From NCBI GenBank assembly GCA_951406725.2, contig OX597814.1:221092001-221156000 (forward strand): a stretch of 64,000 nt of DNA. Direction: 5' to 3'. Source of the DNA: Octopus vulgaris (Eukaryota). This document shows positions 37,842-51,160 of the stretch, one piece after another; the first letter of the stretch is position 1, and every line of letters begins with the position of its first letter. A program made the position numbers and the translations under genes. The notes under the pieces were generated by a model. It did no database searches, was not told the DNA's origin, and worked only from the letters and a program-made list of their open reading frames with translations.

Positions 37842-38178
37842 TGGGGGAGCATCATAGCCATGTGTTGAGAAGGATTCTTTGGGGTTTGAATAATTCACCT
37901 CTGGAAACATGGGTGTTTCGTTCAACGTCCTTAAACAACCCTTATTCAGGGACCTTTTGAGCGGGATGGGTTACTCGACCTGAAGAAAATTCTACCTGGG
38001 CTCCACCTGCAAGGTCATGTGCTGTTTATCTTGATATGAGATCACCATGTCGCGCACATATGGTTGTGATGCATGTGCCTGGTGTACCCTTATCAGACGG
38101 GTAGTCATGATGGGTATACTGGGCTTCGTATATTTTACCCCAGTGTCACTTTGATGGCATGCTCTGCTCGCTCACTCA
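37842..38178 (+). mobile_element. Probable 3' end of a non-LTR retroelement embedded in (AAT)n
   Basis: GC-richer 337-bp island ending CTCACTC-AATAATAAT with (AAT)n on both sides; family not determined. Confidence 0.5.
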
Positions 38179-38202
38179 ATAATAATAATAATAATGATGA
38201 TG

Positions 38203-41200
38203 ATTTCTTTATTAAACAAAAAAGGTTTACTTAAAGAAAGACATCCTGGACAATACAGGACAAATAGAATGTGGGACTACATGAAAGTCGTGTAAGCAAT
38301 GAAAAACGGAAACATTAATCGAATATAAGAACAAAGTTCCCCCAAAAGAGAGAGTCCTCCTAGCACTGCTGGTGAAAGCCCCACAAGTCCGCAACAGTTC
38401 TGACCAGCAGGGTAAATGCCCTTTCCGCTTTGTCTACAATCGCGTGCCCATTCACTTGGGCCATTCTTGCAACATATACCATTTAACAAAATTACTGGGG
38501 CACACAATTTCCCTCCCCACTCTCTTTCTTTTTTCAAGAGAAATTTGAAAAAGTGGAGGGCTTAGCCAAAGAGGAAAGTATCTGTCTTCAGCCCTTTTAA
38601 CCTGGTCCACCACATAACCTCTTTTGCTAAGGCCGCAAGGCAAAGAAAAACAGCCTACCCTTCCCGGCCAAAGGAATGCGACGGGTCTCAGCTGATAGCC
38701 AGATTCGACCTACATGCGACAAAAGGTGTTCAACATAAACACACTAGTCAGAAATACTCGGGCTCTGGACGAGAGTATGCAGAACGTTTTCGTCGCTCTA
38801 CGCGCATCTCGGGCAATCCCGGTTGACTGCACTTGCGTGCCTGTAGAGTTTATCTCGAATAGGTAGTGCGCCTCGGTAGTATTGCCACCCCAAGCATTTT
38901 TGAAAATTATCCATAGGCCCCGGCCTGAAAGTTCTCCGGAACAGACTAGACAACTATTTCTTGTCCACGCGCAGAGTCCCCCAGAGAACATCGTTACACT
39001 TACCCGCTACTAAATCTCTATAGAACGCCATAGTAGAATGTTCACCGACTGCATTGCTTGACTGACAGAGAAGTGTGAGCACTTGACGACACTCTAGGTG
39101 CCAGGCGCCCTTTCTCGGTCTACATTTGATCCAGGACTGCAGCTCAGTCAAAAAGACAAGCTATGGGAAATCGCATATGACAAACGGCGACCATACCTGC
39201 TCACCGTCTATGTAGCGCTGGAGATGTCGCGGCCTCAGCGAACGTTCGCGCATCAATAGCCACGGCTTGCTCGACACTCCATTTATCGACTTTTGATAGC
39301 AAATGGAGCAAAATAGTAAACGCTCCAGTTTGGTCAGACTCGAGCCGGGACAGGGCACGATGGTGAGGCGGTAGTAGATGATGGAATGCGATATAAGCAT
39401 TCACCACCTCCACTAGAGTTTTCGCGGATAGCTTTCTCTCAACCCACTTCTGGGTGAGATTGGCCACCCTGTTCGCCACCTCGTCCCAGTTCTTCTCCAC
39501 CTGGAGATCTGAACCAAACCAGATCCCGAGCAATTTAACAGGTCCTTTTATCCAGCGTCCTACGACACTGTTGGAAAACAAGGACCTGCCTTTCCAAGTA
39601 CCGAGTTGCAGGCCCACTGATTTCTGGTTAATTTTTGCTCCTGTCAGCGCTTTGTATTCTTTTAGAGCGGTGCCGACCAGGTATATGCGCTTGTTTTTCG
39701 ATCTTATGACGATGACGTCGTCAGCGTATGCCGATACGATCCTCCCACGTCCTGGTTCGCGCGGGATGCCTCTCAACGCCTCCAGTTTCCTCAGTAGTGG
39801 ATCTAGAGCCATTACATACAGAAAAGACGTGAAGAGACACTCTTGATGGACCGAACGCATGATGCTGAATGGTTCCGATAGGTAACCATTCACCCGAAGT
39901 ACCGAGCAGAAATCGCTGTACATTGCTGCGATCCAGCCTCGGAAAACGGGACCGAAACCGGCTTCCTTGAGGACGGCCGCCAAGTATTAGTGGTCGACTC
40001 CATCAAATGCTTTAGACTGATCCAATTTGATCAACGTCCAACCCATGCTAGCTTCATTCCTCTTTCTGTCTATGATGTTTAGCATGAAGTGGGAATAGTC
40101 GTGGATGGATCTGCTTGGGGTGGCACATTCTTGCGCATCACCAATCAGTTCCTCGATGACAAGCGCCAACCTTCCTAGCACCTTGGCCAAAATTTTGAAG
40201 TCTGCGTTAAGCAGCGTTATGGGCCGAAAATTTTCTATTAGACTCCCTTGTTTGGTTCCTTTCTCCTCGGCTCACAGAACTAAGAATTCTCTCGTTCTGG
40301 TATCTGTTGTGGTAAACATCTGCTAAGAGGTCGCCAAATAAGTTTGGCTTATAATAGTAACGCTTGTAGGGCAGAGCATCAAAACCAGGCCATGTGTCCG
40401 CCGTGCAGCCCATTATCACAACTCGTATTTCCACGGCATTTCGCAACGGCATTTCGCAACGAGAGTCATGGCATGCGGCCGAGGTAGGCATTAAAATACA
40501 TTCTGTGTTCCGGATTGCCGTTCATCCCAAATAGCTGGGCGTCGAAATGCTGCTGAAATGCCGCACACACCCGCTCTGGCTCAAGTATCGTGCGCCAACT
40601 TGCGTCCACCACAGACCGAATTGTGACTTTGTTGTCACGCTATGTCTCTGCCACTCGGGCCTATCGAGCAGCTTTAATTCTCTCGTTTCTTAGAGCACGT
40701 GCCTTAGCTCTGACAATGCATCGTTTGTGCTTAGCGTTTGTCGAGGGCCAATGTCGATTGCGCCTCTTCTAAGTCCCTAACTAGCTTGCCTATTATTTCA
40801 TTTTTTTCTGTCGCTAGTGTCTTGCTAAACCTAATCGATTCTATTCTAATTGCTCTTTTCAATGTGTACTACCATTTATTGTTAAGTATTGACCCAGTTA
40901 ATCCTCACTTAACTAATTCACTAATCCGGTCTCTGTAAGCTTAACAAGCCGGGAGTGATGCGTTCAGCTTCCAGTAATCGCGTCCCTGCCCTGCCTACGT
41001 ATATCCCTAAGCTGACCGTACATATCACAAATTTGTGGTCTGTGCAAGCGATGATTTTGAAAAGTGGACAACCTATGCTATTCCTACAAAAAATTCTATC
41101 TAAATACGATCTGGATGATCCACTGCAGTTAGAGTAAGTCCACACTGACACATTTGGGAAATCCAGCCGCTACTTGTTAGACATTTGAAAAAGTCTGAGC

Positions 41201-43644
41201 AGGTTTGCGAGGCTTTTGCACCCACCTCCTCTATCCGCTAGCACCACACGGTCCAAACGTAGCTCCGAAGACCGCGCCCCAGTTGCTCATAAGCATTAAA
41301 GGACGAGACGTCCAGGCGTCTGAAGAACTCCAGCTGCCCTACATGTGTCGGAGCATGAATAGCCACCAATCACTACTGCTCATATCTAGGACCACCACTT
41401 TACCTTCTGGGTCCAGGAAGATAGTCTTTATTTCGAGATGCATTCCTCTCGATAAATAGATCTCGTATTCACCGAAAACGGGCATGAACGCTCGTCGGTC
41501 GGAGAGCCTGGTTTCACTGGTGGCCACCACATCGAAATTTAGTGGCCTAAGGTCGTTGAGTAGATGACCCTGCTTGCAATGCAACCCCAGGCCACGTACA
41601 TTTATACTGCCTATCGTAAGCGAGGCCATTTAGGATGGAAGTATAGAATCGGAAAAGACTATTTACTGCGATTTTGTTGGTGAGATGGGGATGGTTATTC
41701 TGTAGCTGTTTACACGAGCAGCTCGTTGAAGATTCTTTTGTTGATATCTTTCCTAAAGGCCCCAACTCCAGGATATTTTCTTTTTACTTTGTTATATGTG
41801 TTTTGTAATGTTGGCAGGAATTTTGTGCGTGGCGGTGTGGTGTTTGGTGGTGGATGACATCAATGTTTGTGATGACTGTATGGTTGTATATGTGTACAAT
41901 TAATTCTTTATTGTTTGTGTTTATTGTTGTGTAGTTGGTGATTGTGTGTTGCTGGTGTTGAGATGTACGGGCTGAGAGTTGTGTGTCTGAACTGGGTTGT
42001 GCTTGTGGTGATGTTGACGTTGCTGATTTGAATACTGCCTTTGTTGTCAGGGCTGGTGTGGTTGCTAATGGGGAAGTTGTATGTGTATTTATTTTGTTAC
42101 GTGTCTGCTCACTCTCATCCTACTTGCCAGATTTGTGTGAATTTTTGTTCCTTTTTCTTTTAGATCTGGCGACTTGTTGCGTTTAGGCTCTTCTTCCTCC
42201 CGCTCCGCGCAGGACATGTCTGGGTGTTCTTGTGGGGCTTTTTGGTTATACTTTGCTGTTTTTGTTGCTGTTTGGTGTGTGGAAAGTATAGCTGTTGGGT
42301 GAGTTGTTTATTTTGTTTGCTGTTGTTGCTTCTACTGTGGTTGTTGTTGCTATTGTTGTTGCTGTTGCTGCTGCTGTCAATGCTGCTGTGATTGATGTTT
42401 CTGTTACTGTTGCTGTTGTTTTTGCTGCTCCAGTGGCTTCCTGCTTCTGCAGTTATTGTTGCTCTTGCTTTTGTTTCTGTGATTGTTGTTGTGTTAGAGG
42501 TGTCTGCAGCAGTGCCGTTTTCTCTTTTGATTGTCTAAGGAAGAAAACCTTTAAGTGGTTTGTCTGACCACAAATGTGACATCTGGGCTTTCTGCCCTCT
42601 ACCACTACAAATAACTTTGAACCTCCAGGGAGCTCGATGTGATCTAGGATCACTTGTGCGGTTGCGAAATTCGCATGCGATAAGATTTTCATCCCAGTAC
42701 CGTACCAATTTTCTTTTTTGCGTTTCCTGTTTCCTTGTTTCAAGGATTCTACATATATCTTCTATGCCGTACAATACGGCCGTTGCCAGTAGGAAAATTT
42801 CCATTTCTTGTGGAATCTACTCTACCTTCACTCTGACAATTCTTCGATCGCGGTACGTGGGAATCATATCTAATTTCTTGGTCTTCAGGGTTATCGTGGC
42901 ATTTTCTTTGGCCTGTTGTTCACTTGAGAACCTCACCTCTACCGTACCAAAGTTTTTACCACATGTGACATAATACTTTTAGTTTCATACACGTCTCAGG
43001 CATTTTTCGGTCTGAGCCTCAGCGGCTCTTTCTATTTTGCGCGTTTTTAATGATTATTATTGTCCGCCTCCGTTTCTCCTCCTGCACCTCATCTGCTGTG
43101 TTCAGGTGGATTGTTCTGCCAGTTCTTGTTAGATGTATTTTTACCCTAGCCAAGGCTGTTTCTTACAATTGTACGTCTTCCATCGCGCAGCATATTTCGG
43201 CAAATCTACTTTGTGCTTGCTTAGAAGAAGCAAACGACGTTGCTGCTTTAAATTCTTTCTCCTTTGTTTGACGCGGTGGTGGCGAAATCTGGAGGCGTTT
43301 CACGTGAAAGAATTCTTTTACCTTTCTATTCACTTACCTGCTTATTGTTGTTACTCTGATTGGTCCTCGTAATCGCAACGGTGATAGCAGTGTTAGCATC
43401 CTCTTCAGCTCCCTCCTTCGTGCTTTGTCGGTGTTCATGGTGTTGTTGTTGTTGTTGGCGGTGCTGCTTCTGCTGTCGTCGTAGCCGTCATCATCATTTC
43501 TGCTTGTACTTTTGCGCGTGTTATTGTTGTCATAGCAACAAGAGGAAACCATATTTCTCTTTGGCGAGAAATGAATATCACATTCAGATGCGTTTCTTTT
43601 CGGAGTTATTACTGAGTCAAGAGAAGGCTGCTCCTGGTTCGGTC
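38203..43644 (-). mobile_element. Tx1/L1-clade LINE, near full length, pseudogenised
   Basis: ORF1 remnant with zinc knuckle VEGRKPRCHICGQTNHL (42453-42743); APE endonuclease SINVRGL..SETRL and SYLDRIF (41629-40921); RT LDQSKAFDGVDH, SVHQEC and SAYADD (40190-39201); 3' AATAAAGAAAT. Confidence 0.9.
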
Positions 43645-43929
43645 GATGATTATTATTTTCCCGTGATTCGACATTTTTTTAAATTGGAAAGAAATGAATG
43701 AAACCTTGTTTTCACAAAAAATGCGAAACAATTATCATCCCCCACAAAAAAAAAAAAAAAAAATGGGGTGCGGTTACACAAATGTTACCACCACAATCCA
43801 GACGATGCAAGCAAAATACTTGTTAATTGAAATTTTGAATGAACGGGGCTTGAACCAGCCGAAATGCTTGATTAAACACTTACAAACCACGGAGCTCTAA
43901 CTCGTATGACTTCAAAAGCTGAGAACCAT

Positions 43930-44691
<762 letters not shown>

Positions 44692-45229
44692 AACACTATG
44701 GAATAACAACAGAAAAAAGATGGTGTAGGCACACACCAGAAAAGGTCACAGAAAACGAGAAAACAACCATACTCTGGGCTATGCCGATACACACAGATAG
44801 AAAAATTAAGGCCAACAGACAAGATATAGTTGGCAGAGATCATGAAGAAAAAAAATGCTTTCTTATTGATGTATCAATACCAGCAGATGACAACGTGTCT
44901 CTAAAAGAAATGGAGAAGCTTTCAAAATACAAGGACCGGGAAATAGAGGTAACTCGAACGTAGAATCTAAAAATAGAAACAATTCCTATCATAATAGGTG
45001 CATTAGGTATGATAAAAATTATTCAGACAAATACATAACAAAAACACCAGGACTTACAAATATATATAACATACAGAAAATTGCACCACTGGGCACTGCA
45101 CACATCCTACGCGCAAAACACTTTCAATACAGTAACCGTCAGAGCATCACAACAAATCACAGCACATACCCAAGGCCCACAGAGCTGCGCTCGGTAGTAA
45201 AGTGAAAGCACGCGATAAAAATAAAGCTA

Positions 45230-45232
<3 letters not shown>
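44692..45232 (+). mobile_element. R4/Dong-type LINE, family 1, short 5'-truncated decayed copy
   Basis: Close match to ~46019-46563; remnant of the restriction-like endonuclease (RLE) domain ANRQDIV..LIDVSIP..EKLSKY; 3' end CTACTG-(AAT)n. Confidence 0.92.
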
Positions 45233-45294
<62 letters not shown>

Positions 45295-45299
45295 TAAAG

Positions 45300-45346
<47 letters not shown>

Positions 45347-45359
45347 AATAATAATAATG

Positions 45360-45431
<72 letters not shown>

Positions 45432-45433
<2 letters not shown>

Positions 45434-46563
45434 CTACTATAAAATAACCACCATAGGACTGCAAAAATATCTACTTCAGAAGGAAGGAAAACTGATCCAG
45501 ATAGCGGCAAAACACGAGCAAAACAAAAAACTGTTCTCAGTATTTAAGGAAGCTGACAAATACAAACAAGAAATCATACCACCTAATAAACATGAAGAAG
45601 AAGAAGAAGAAGAAGATGAAGAAACAACAAAAGCTATAAAAAAAATGAAATCCAAACTAAAAATAGAACAGCAACGAACCATGATAAAACGATGGCAAGA
45701 AAAGCCCCTTCATGGTAAATACTGGACTAAACTAAACGCAAAAGAAATAGACAAAGAAAAATCCCAGCAATGGTTGAGAAGCTCAGGACTCAAAGCAGAA
45801 ACAGAGGGATTTTTAATTACAGCACAAGACCAAAGCCTCCCCACCAGAAATTACCAAAAACATGTAATGAAAAGAAATATTACAAGTAACTGCAGAATAT
45901 GTGGAGATGGACAAGAAAAAATAAATCATATTATCTCTAGCTGCCCAGTCCTGGCTAAGAAGGAATATATTCACAGACATGACAGAGTTGGAACCTACAT
46001 ACATTGGAAGCTATGCCAACATTATGGAATAACAACAGAAAAAAGATGGTATAGGCACACACCAGAAAAGGTCACAGAAAACGAGAAAGCAACCATACTC
46101 TGGGATATGCCGATACACACAGATAGAGAAATTAAGGCCAACAGACCAGATATAGTCGTCAGAGACCATGAAGAAAAAAAATGCTTTCTAATTGATGTAT
46201 CAGTACCGGCAGATGACAACGTGTCTCTAAAAGAAATGGAGAAACTCTCAAAATACAAAGACCTGGAAATAGAGGTAACTAGAATGTGGAATCTGAAAAC
46301 AGAAACAATTCCTATCATAGTAGGTGCATTAGGCATGATAAAAAAATATTCAGACAAATACATAACAAAAACACCAGGACTTACAAACACATATAACATA
46401 CAGAAAATTGCACTACTAGGCACTGCACACATCCTACGCAGAGCACTTTCCATACAATAACCATCAGAGCATCACAACAAATCACAGCACATACCCAAGG
46501 CACACAGAGCTGCGCTCGGTAGTGAAGTGAAAGCACGCTATAAAAATAAAAATAAAACTACTG
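45432..46563 (+). mobile_element. R4/Dong-type LINE, family 1, 5'-truncated, frame open to stop at 46460
   Basis: WQEKPLHG, AQDQSL, CCHC knuckle CRICG..INHIISSC, RHD, PD-(D/E)xK endonuclease RPDIVV..IDVSVP..EKLSKY; flanked by (TAA)n. Confidence 0.95.
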
Positions 46564-46588
46564 AATAATAATAATAATAATAATAATA

Positions 46589-48826
46589 AACAACCTGTCT
46601 ATCCACCACGTATAAAATCCTAACATCTATCCTGGCGGAGAAAACATATGCATTTATGGAGAAGAACGATATTTTCCCTATTGAACAAAAAGGGTGCCGC
46701 CGAGGCTCATACGGATGCAAAGATCAACTGCTAATTAATCGTATGATCCTTGAGAACTGTCACAACAAGCGCAGAAATGTCAGCTCCGCATGGATTGACT
46801 ATAAAAAGGCTTTCGACAGTATACCGCATCCATGGATCTTGAGATCGCTGGACATCTTCAAAATTTCCCCTGCGATTTCAAGCTTCCTGAAGCACAATAT
46901 GTCGTTGTGGAATACGAATCTCCAATTATACCACTCTAATGGAGTACTTGCCTCAGAAAATATAAACATCAACTGTGGAATTTTTCAAGGTGACTCCCTT
47001 TCACCTTTAATATTCTGCATAGCCCTAATACTCCTTACAAGTGAATTAAACAGAACAGGGTATGGGTATAAAATTGCCAATAAAAAAATAAGCCATCTAT
47101 TTTATATAGATGACTTAAAACTCTATAGTAAAGACGATAATGAACTTGAAGGCCTACTGCGCATCGTGAAAGCATTCAGCGATGACATCGGGATGAAGTT
47201 TGGACTTGAGAAGTGTGCCAAGGCCACTTTCCAGAAAGGGAAAGTGAAGACCACAAATTCAGTCGTGTTAGATGTTGACACAGTCATAAGAGAGCTTGAG
47301 CAAGAACAAACATACAAATATTTAGGGATAAATGAAGGCTCTGGTATTCAGCATGCAAGCATGAAAGAGAAGATCAGGAAGGAATGTTGTAGGAGAGTTC
47401 GTGCAGTCCTCAAATCTGAACTAAATGCACGTAACAAAGTGTTAGCTATAAATTCCTTAGCAGTTCCAGTTGTTACTTAAAGCTACAATGTGTTTAACTG
47501 GAATATGAGTGAAGTAAAGAATATAGATAGGAAAATACGCAAGCTGCTGAGTTGTAATAGGATGCACCACCCAAAGGCAGACGTAGATCGCCTTTACCTT
47601 TCCAGAGCCCAAGGAGGTCGAGGCCTGATCCAATTTGAACTAGCTTACAAAACAACCACAATTGGACTGGCCAAATATCTTGAAATAACGAATGACTGGA
47701 TGCTAAAGCTCGTGGAAAATCACGAGAGACGAAAGAAGCTTCATTCTATCATAAAGGAAAGCAAACTTTTTGCTATTGATCTCGTGCAGGATACCCAAAC
47801 TGAACAACCCGAGGGAAGTACGGCAACTATTGTTGCAAAGAAGGCGAAAATAATGGCAACGAAAAAAGCGCACGAGCAATTGGCTGATAGGTGGGAGGAG
47901 AAACCTCTGCACGGCAAATATGTGGCCCGTAGCAAGCAAGCTGATGTTGACCAGAAGCAAACCCATCAGTGGCTACGGAGATCAGGGCTAAAAGCAGAGA
48001 GCGAAGGTTTCATCCTGGCTGCTCAAGATCAAAGCCTATTAACCCGGAACTACCAGGCCAATGTGATGAAAAATGAAGCAGACCCAAAATGCCGATTCTG
48101 CAACGACATGATTGAAACAGTGGACCACCTAATCTCTGGAAGTAAAGTCTTAGCACCAGTGGAGTATAAATTAAGACATGACAGAGTTGACCAATATCTA
48201 CACTGGCTAATAAGTCGACATTACAATATCAAAACCGCCGACAAGTGGTATAATCACCACCCTGAAGCTGTAACTGAAGGAGAAAATGTAACGATTCTGT
48301 GGGACTTTCCAGTACATACAGACCGAACCATCAAAGCCAATAAACCGGATATTGTTGTGAAAGACCAAAACAATAAAGTTTGCTTATTGATCGACATGAG
48401 CATCCCCTGTGATCATAATATCTCGGCGAAAGAGTTTGACAGGCTCAGAAAATATAAAGACCTGCTCTTTGAAATTGAGAAAATGCGGCATCTCAAGGCG
48501 GTTACAATACCAGTGATCGTCGGCGCACTAGGAATGATCAAGAAGGGAACCGAAAATTATATGAGAATGATCCCTGGCTTACTATCCCTGCAAGAAGTGC
48601 AAAAGATTGTCTTAACTGGTACATCACACGTATTGTGAAGAGCATTGTCGATGTGAGAACTATTACTACCCATGTATTTTAATTTAACTTTAAAAAAAAA
48701 AAATTAACGAACTATTGAGTTTAGTTTAATGGCCTACCAATGTATACTATGAGTTTCTTTGCCCTAGGAGTCGGGAAGACACTCGGCAAGAAATGGAAGC
48801 AAATTTGAAAGAAGAAGAAAAAAAAG
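46589..48826 (+). mobile_element. R4/Dong-type LINE, family 2, 5'-truncated (RT to RLE), with nonsense mutations
   Basis: RT motifs IDYKKAFDS, GIFQGDSLSP, FYIDD and YKYLG (46656-47480), then one in-frame TAA. The frame resumes with CRFC..H, RHD and KPDIVV..IDMSIP (47490-48638). Flanked by (TAA)n. Confidence 0.95.
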
Positions 48827-48859
48827 ATAATAATAAATAATAATAATGATAATAACAAT

Positions 48860-49468
48860 TTCTTTGTTAACATGGGTTCTAGGAGACACAAGATGACAGA
48901 GTGGTGCTACTGTGAGTTAGCTTTGCGTGGACTAATATTTGTTGAGAGTGCTGTTGCTTTCTGGTTTTGCAGTCTGATGCAATGTCAAACTTTCCTGTGA
49001 TGTGATCAACCTGGTGCGCTTTTAATCAGATATCAGATGTTGTACCCACCGAGCAGAAAGCTTTGTCATTCCAAGTTCATTGTGTAGAATATTCTCAACT
49101 CTCTCACGGGATCTGCTAATGAAACTGGCTATTTTGATTTATAGTCAATTACCTGTCGTCCATCACCATGCGGTAAACACGATCAATGTTTTCCTCGGTG
49201 GTGGCAGTTGCGGGAGATTCTCCCCAACACCAAATAGAGTCGCCCACTTTTGCACTCTTTTACTTGGTTCAGTCATGTGACTGTGGCCATGCTGGAGCAC
49301 CGCCTTTAGTCGAGCAAAGCGACCCCCAGAACTTATTCTTTGTAAGCCTAGTACTTATTCTATCGGTCTCTTTTGCCGAACTGCTAAGTTACGGGGACGT
49401 AAACACACCAGAATCGGTTGTCAAGCGATATTGATGGGGGGACAAACACAGACGCACAAACACACACA

Positions 49469-49522
<54 letters not shown>

Positions 49523-49971
49523 CATATGTACGACGGGCTTCTTTCAGATTCCGTCAACCAAATTCACTCACAAGGCTTTGGTCGACCCGAGGCTATAGTA
49601 GAAGAGACTTGCCCAAGGTGCCACGCAGTGGGACTGAACCTAGAACCCTATGGTTCGTAATCAAGCTACATACCACTCAGTAACTCCTAGTACCATTCCC
49701 TATTGTAGCAACCCTATGAATATGAATGTCGTGGGGTCTAAACCGTTTTTCTGCAGGTACTTGATAACAGTAAGATGCTAAATTTTGTCCATTTTCAAGA
49801 GAAGTCGCTAATAGTTACATTTGAAGCTTTCTTTGAACAGTCAGATGTGGTTTACATGGAAAGTAACAATGTAGTTATTAATAAGACGGGATGACATTAA
49901 TGGACACAAGATTCCACAGTTCTAACATCACTCCTTCATATTCAGCCTATGAACTTTTCAGCCCACCCTCG
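48860..49971 (-). mobile_element. mariner transposon, 5' part, decayed; interrupted by a SINE
   Basis: Terminal inverted repeat TA|CGAGGGTGGGCTGAAAAGTTC at 49973-49951; ATG at 49792 MDKI..VIKYLQKNGL; PATATTEENIDRVYRMVMDDR and LGMTKLSARWV motifs. Confidence 0.85.
49254..49688 (-). mobile_element. SINE group A inserted in mariner
   Basis: Homologous to the other group A copies. Confidence 0.9.
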
Positions 49972-50084
49972 TAAGAATTCGTATGTCCATAAAGACATTT
50001 CCTTGACCATATGTCGTTCCTTGTTACCTCGGTGCTCATAACCCACACCAAGGGAACTGGATAACGTAAAACCAGATATTCTAT

Positions 50085-50215
50085 TTTTTTATCTACTCTA
50101 GCACAAAGCCCGAAATTTTGGAGGAGGAGCCAGTCGATTAGATCGACCCTAGTACGCAACTGGTACTTAATTTATCTACCCCGAAAGGATGAAAGGCAAA
50201 GTTGACCTCAGTGGC
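50085..50215 (-). mobile_element. SINE group B, 3' fragment
   Basis: CTACTCTAGCACAAAGCCCGAAATTTTGG...GAAAGGCAAAGTTGACCTC. Confidence 0.8.
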
Positions 50216-50479
50216 GGGAAACCATATATCATATTAGGACTGTAAGTATAAGTGTGAATCGCAACAATTTAGCCTTCATTCTCACAAGATATCTGCATGT
50301 CACCTTCTTTCATTACCGCTTTAAAAGAAAATCTTTGAGCGAAGAAACATAATTTTTCCCTGTGTCCTCAGCAGAATTCTACTCAAGTTTCTATGATTTC
50401 CGTGACGATTAAGAATGAATATATAAGCGTTATGTGTGTGAATCTGTGTGTGACTATTCTTGTTATTATGATTATCTTT

Positions 50480-50615
50480 ATTCCACTGAGGTCGACTTTG
50501 CCTGTTATCCTTTCGGCGTCGATAAATCAAGTACCATTGAAACAGTGGGGTCGATGTAATCGACCAATGCCTCTCCTCCAAATTTCAGGCCTTGTGCCTG
50601 TAGTAGAAAGGATTT
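50480..50615 (+). mobile_element. SINE group B, 3' fragment
   Basis: GAGGTCGACTTTGCC...CAAATTTCAGGCCTTGTGCCTGTAGTAGAAAGG. Confidence 0.8.
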
Positions 50616-51035
50616 TATGCAAATCTTTAAATATACTCTTATTTGTGACAGAAAAATGAGGAACATCAGGTTTTTGTTTATTATGTTCGTATTTTCAGTT
50701 CCTAGATTTTCCAGTTTTTGTATGGTATCTGTGCAAATGTTTCCGTTCATTGAGGAGCCGTGTCAGGCCAACAATTTCTTTGGAATATCGACGAGCGAAT
50801 GAGACATTTTCAAAATGTCTTTTTTCCATAGAAATGTCAAAAGAAGAGATTAAATAAAAACGCTCAAACCTTAAGCAATACTTGCGTGCAATAAGACATA
50901 AGTAGTAACCCAGTTTTTGCCTAAATGGACAAAATTTAATCTTTTGACCGGAGCGAAATAAGACGACTTCGCCAGGCAAACGGCAACATAAAAAGCAAGA
51001 AAGAAAGTGACAACAACAACAACAGCAAAATACTA

Positions 51036-51099
51036 ATTCTTTCTTTATTGGTCACAGGGACCGCAAAATACTTAAGACAATGCAAAGACAAAGGTCACT

Positions 51100-51160
<61 letters not shown>

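Noticed and set aside
45291-45431. ATG and poly-Ile N-terminus of the 389-aa ORF
   Set aside because: This part comes from the upstream (TAA)n; the real coding part is a 5'-truncated R4/Dong element.
44692-46600. HDV-like ribozyme at the 5' end of the RLE-type LINEs
   Set aside because: All three copies are 5'-truncated and no such fold is visible.
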